Assembly: GCA_964549305.1 (NCBI GenBank)
Contig: CAZJVM010000026.1
Coordinates: forward strand, 23,322-34,386
Reading direction: 5' to 3'
Length of the DNA: 11,065 bases
Source of the DNA: an uncultured bacterium
GTDB taxonomy: Bacteria; Schekmanbacteria; GWA2-38-11; J061
Shown here: piece by piece, positions 8,526 through 11,065 of the stretch
Numbering within the stretch: position 1 is the stretch's first letter
How the letters are laid out: the number at the start of each line of letters is the position of its first letter
Position numbers and translations under genes: made by a program
Notes under the pieces: model-generated
Seen by the model: only the letters and a program-made list of their open reading frames with translations
Told to the model about the DNA's origin: nothing
Databases searched by the model: none

Positions 8526-10559
8526 ATGGGAGATTACCTTTCACCTCGTCAACAAAAGCAGGGGAAAATTCTTTTCATAATCTGCGCCCTGCTTTTTATT
8601 CTTTCCTTTGCCTTATATTTTCAAAGCATATTTCACGGTTTTACGAATTACGATGACGACTGGCTGATTCTCGATAACTTTAAAATTCGCACACTGGAAA
8701 ACACTTTCAGGTTTTTTACGGAATCTACGGAAACCGACTATCTCCCTCTGAAAGAACTTTCATATGCCGTTAATTACTATTTTAACGGGACTGACCCCCT
8801 GGGATATCATCTTACCGATGTAGTTCTTTACGCGCTAACGGTTGTTTTTGTTTTTCTCTTTTTAATGACATTGTCCGACTCCTGTCTTCTGCCTGTAACG
8901 GCAACCTTGATTTTTCTCTGTCACCCCATTCACGCCGAAGTTGTCAACTGGGCATCTGCTAGAAAAGATACTCTGTCGGGACTTTTCTTTTTCGCGTCCC
9001 TTTATTTATTTGCAAGATATTTAAAAGGAGGAAAGGTAAAAAAAACTTCGCTCTATCTTCTTTCGCTTTTTCTTTTTCTATTATCTCTCTTTTCAAAGCC
9101 TTCAGTGATTATCCTGCCTCTGCTTCTTTTTGTGACCGAAATCTCATTCTTCAATGACGGTGATGACTGCAGGAAACTTTTTCCCGAAGGAATAATAAAA
9201 AGGATAATGCCTTTTGCGGCAGTCTCGGTTGTCTTTGCTATTCTTACATTTGTTACCGCCTATGAAAAAGAGGTAGTGAAAGAGTATTGGGAAGGCAGTC
9301 CCTATGTGACGTTTCTGTCAATGATAACCGTTATAGGCGATTACATTCGTCTTGTATTTTTTCCCTTCAACCTTTCTGTGAGATATGAGATAGATTTTCA
9401 GAGAAGTTTTTTCAGCATGCCGGTTATCCTCAATCTCATCTTTATAGCGATTATCCTTTTTGCCGCTTTAAAATGGAAAGAAAATAAGTGGTATCGCTTC
9501 GGAATTCTTTGGTTTTTCGCATCTCTTCTTCCCGTGTCGAATATAATACCCATAGCGATTTTAAAAGCCGACAGATATATCTACATTCCCTCTCTGGGCA
9601 TCATTGTCATCTTTGCGTTCTTCATTACCCGTCTTTTCGAAAAAGAGAGGGGCGAAACTTCCCTGCTCCCCATAAAATCCCTTGCTTATCTTTTCTCTTT
9701 GCTCGTATTCATTCTGTTTTCGCTTCTCACAGTTGACAGAAGCAATGTATGGAAGGACGGAATGACTCTTTGGCAGGATACGATAAAAAAATCGCCCGGT
9801 GATTATCTCGTATTGAACAATATGGGCACTACGTACAAAGATATGAAAAAATATGAGAAAGCGGAAAGTTTGTTTCGCCGGGCAATAAGGGCAAAGCCCG
9901 ATTATTATGCCCCCTATTTCAACCTTTCCACGCTATACGGTATTTACGGTGAAAGGGAAGAAGCGCTTTCATATATAGAAAAAGCTTTTGAACTCAACCC
10001 GGGAGATTTTAAGACAAATGTGAATCTCGGGAACATCTACAGGAGAGAAGGAAGACTGACCGATGCTGAATCGGCATACAGGCGCGCCATATCGATTAAA
10101 CCCGACGCGCCCGAAGGGTATTACAATCTCGCTATTTTCTATGAAAAGGAAATGGGTGACTTAAATGAAGCGCTGAAACTTTATGAGATGTCAATCACCA
10201 GGGATAAAACATTCGTGCGTGCCTTTAACAACATAGGAAACCTGTATTTCAGAAACGGAAAACCCGATGATGCCCTTTTCTACTATGAAAAGGCGCTTGA
10301 AATAAAACCGGGACACCTTCAATCCCTTAACAACATTGCCACGATTTACCTTCAGAAGGGAAAGTGCGAAAAGGCGATTTCATACTTGAAAAAAGCTGTT
10401 CAAAAAAGTAGTGATTTAAGACATATATTCTATTTCAACCTTTACAAGGCATATCAATGCTCGGGAAACGATAAGGAATCCGTGAAATATCTGAAACTTT
10501 CTCTTGAAATAAAGCCGGATTTTGCGCCCGCGCTTGAAGCACTGGACGTAAAAAAATGA
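8526..10559 (+). CDS. TMTC-like GT-C glycosyltransferase with TPR array (paralog 4, distinct subclade)
   Basis: 677 aa. FTNYDDD (DDD at 8652-8660), YHLTDVVLY, HPIHAEVVNWASARKDTL, FSKP, ADRYIYIPS, RSNVWKDGMTLW, then about 7 very regular TPRs (NNMG...AESLFRRAIRAKP, NLGNIY...AESAYRRAISIKP, NNIGNLY...ALFYYEKALEIKP). Confidence 0.85.
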   Translation: MGDYLSPRQQKQGKILFIICALLFILSFALYFQSIFHGFTNYDDDWLILDNFKIRTLENTFRFFTESTETDYLPLKELSYAVNYYFNGTDPLGYHLTDVVLYALTVVFVFLFLMTLSDSCLLPVTATLIFLCHPIHAEVVNWASARKDTLSGLFFFASLYLFARYLKGGKVKKTSLYLLSLFLFLLSLFSKPSVIILPLLLFVTEISFFNDGDDCRKLFPEGIIKRIMPFAAVSVVFAILTFVTAYEKEVVKEYWEGSPYVTFLSMITVIGDYIRLVFFPFNLSVRYEIDFQRSFFSMPVILNLIFIAIILFAALKWKENKWYRFGILWFFASLLPVSNIIPIAILKADRYIYIPSLGIIVIFAFFITRLFEKERGETSLLPIKSLAYLFSLLVFILFSLLTVDRSNVWKDGMTLWQDTIKKSPGDYLVLNNMGTTYKDMKKYEKAESLFRRAIRAKPDYYAPYFNLSTLYGIYGEREEALSYIEKAFELNPGDFKTNVNLGNIYRREGRLTDAESAYRRAISIKPDAPEGYYNLAIFYEKEMGDLNEALKLYEMSITRDKTFVRAFNNIGNLYFRNGKPDDALFYYEKALEIKPGHLQSLNNIATIYLQKGKCEKAISYLKKAVQKSSDLRHIFYFNLYKAYQCSGNDKESVKYLKLSLEIKPDFAPALEALDVKK

Positions 10560-10625
10560 TTTATTATTTTTGTTAGTTTTAGATTTGTTTATAAATAATT
10601 ATCATAATATGTAGCTGTTTTAGAA

Positions 10626-10642
10626 TGTCGGTTTTTTGAACA
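10626..10642 (+). promoter_or_regulatory. Putative enhancer (UAS) site 1 for a sigma54 activator, TGT-N11-ACA
   Basis: TGTCGGTTTTTTGAACA, an imperfect palindrome repeated at 10689-10705. It lies about 205 bp upstream of the predicted sigma54 start. Confidence 0.6.
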
Positions 10643-10688
10643 TTTTTTTCCCATAAAAAACAGCAACTTAACAAAAGAGCAAAAAAAG

Positions 10689-10705
10689 CGTCGGAAAATT
10701 GAACA
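10689..10705 (+). promoter_or_regulatory. Putative enhancer (UAS) site 2 for a sigma54 activator
   Basis: CGTCGGAAAATTGAACA shares GTCGG-N4-TTGAACA with site 1 and is offset by 63 bp (6 helical turns). Confidence 0.6.
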
Positions 10706-10772
10706 AAAATTGATAATTAAAGTTCTTTGTTTTAAAAAAAAAAAGAGAGGGGAAAATAAAATATCTCTATTT

Positions 10773-10785
10773 TATCAATGTTTTA
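10773..10785 (+). promoter_or_regulatory. Putative IHF binding site
   Basis: TATCAATGTTTTA matches WATCAA-N4-TTR exactly and has AT-rich sequence upstream. It lies between the UAS repeats and the -24/-12 element. Confidence 0.55.
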
Positions 10786-10814
10786 CTGTTAAAAATAGAT
10801 TTTTTTTCTAAAAA

Positions 10815-10830
10815 CGGCATAATTTTTGCT
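10815..10830 (+). promoter_or_regulatory. sigma54 (RpoN) -24/-12 promoter
   Basis: CGGCATAATTTTTGCT: GG (10816-17), N10, GC (10828-29), matching YGGCAY-N5-TTGCW. Predicted +1 is near 10841, about 50 nt before the small ORF. Confidence 0.75.
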
Positions 10831-10881
10831 TGTTTGAACTGATAAAAGATTTTGTTCATAAAAAAAACTCAATAAAACTAT

Positions 10882-10888
10882 GGAGGTT
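10882..10888 (+). promoter_or_regulatory. Strong Shine-Dalgarno for the small peptide ORF
   Basis: GGAGGT begins at 10882 and ends 6 nt before ATG 10894. Confidence 0.8.
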
Positions 10889-10893
10889 ATTCA

Positions 10894-11055
10894 ATGAGTC
10901 AGACCCGTAAAAAGACAGCAGTAAAGGAAGAAAGGCTTTCGGAATCAGGCGGCAAAAAACCTTTCGAAGAGCCGAAAATCAAGGTTTACAAGAAGCTTGA
11001 AGACATCACCCTTTTTACATCGACACAGAATGTTTCGGGCGGAACATTTTTCTAA
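10894..11055 (+). CDS. 53-aa putative RiPP precursor peptide with lasso-type/RRE-binding leader
   Basis: MSQTRKKTAVKEERLSESGGKKPFEEPKIKVYKKLEDITLFTSTQNVSGGTFF* (TAA 11053-11055). It has a strong RBS, its own sigma54 promoter, and the leader motif KKP-F-x-x-P-x-I...L-x-x-I-T. It is below the length cut-off of the ORF track. Confidence 0.75.
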   Translation: MSQTRKKTAVKEERLSESGGKKPFEEPKIKVYKKLEDITLFTSTQNVSGGTFF

Positions 11056-11065
11056 AGGAACGGAA

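Noticed and set aside
217-9736. Short alternative-frame and antisense ORFs in the ORF track (63-134 aa, e.g. 1429-1797, 4448-4819, 5201-5563, 7785-8189)
   Set aside because: All overlap long, motif-supported + strand genes, and none has a recognisable domain. They are most likely shadow ORFs.
3960-10559. TPR-rich proteins as OGT-like (GT41), defence or secretion proteins
   Set aside because: The TPRs are C-terminal to a multi-TM GT-C domain with a YDD motif. No GT41, nuclease, NTPase or CHAT domain is visible.
10611-10667. Inverted repeat GTAGCTGTTTT ... AAAACAGCAAC as a terminator for the TMTC operon
   Set aside because: The arms are AT-rich, separated by about 35 nt, and not followed by a U-tract. 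This is not a convincing intrinsic terminator, though it brackets UAS site 1.
2757-10744. Homopolymer tracts (A9 2757-2765, A10 3087-3096, A9 5082-5090, A9 8332-8340, A11 10734-10744) as phase-variation sites
   Set aside because: A/T runs are frequent throughout this AT-rich sequence, the coding ones encode Lys runs, and all frames are intact. There is no evidence of slippage without read data.
10880-10897. Mini-ORF MEVIQ* overlapping the peptide start (ATGA)
   Set aside because: It has no RBS of its own, and the ATG arises from the ATGGAGG SD context (the same happens at 2378-2389). Probably coincidental.
10894-11055. Calling the peptide a true lasso peptide or a double-glycine bacteriocin precursor
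   Set aside because: The core has no Asp/Glu for a macrolactam. The ESGG (aa 17-20) lacks the hydrophobic -4/-7 pattern. NVSGG (aa 46-50) resembles a GG site but would leave only the tripeptide TFF.
1-11065. CRISPR arrays, tRNA/rRNA, IS elements or integrases
   Set aside because: No regularly spaced repeats, RNA-gene signatures, terminal inverted repeats or transposase ORFs were seen.

Overview
AT-rich bacterial window, all credible genes on the + strand. It opens with the 3' end of a probable GT4 glycosyltransferase. A tightly packed operon follows: a divergent MurJ/MviN (MOP-superfamily) flippase, a DPM1/GacI/PpgS-like GT2 polyprenyl-phosphate sugar synthase, a DUF2304 (GacJ/Rv3632-like) small membrane partner, and four tandem TMTC-like proteins (GT-C membrane domain with a YDD motif plus C-terminal TPRs). 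Together these look like a complete lipid-donor-dependent extracytoplasmic protein glycosylation system. The 334-bp intergenic region after it contains a full sigma54 promoter architecture: two 17-bp enhancer-like repeats 63 bp apart, an exact IHF consensus, and a GG-N10-GC core. It precedes a 53-aa ORF missed by the ORF track. This ORF has a lasso/RRE-type RiPP leader (KKPFEEPKI...LEDIT), but its Ser/Thr-rich core has no Asp/Glu and so cannot form a lasso ring. All family assignments come from motif recognition by eye, not from database searches.
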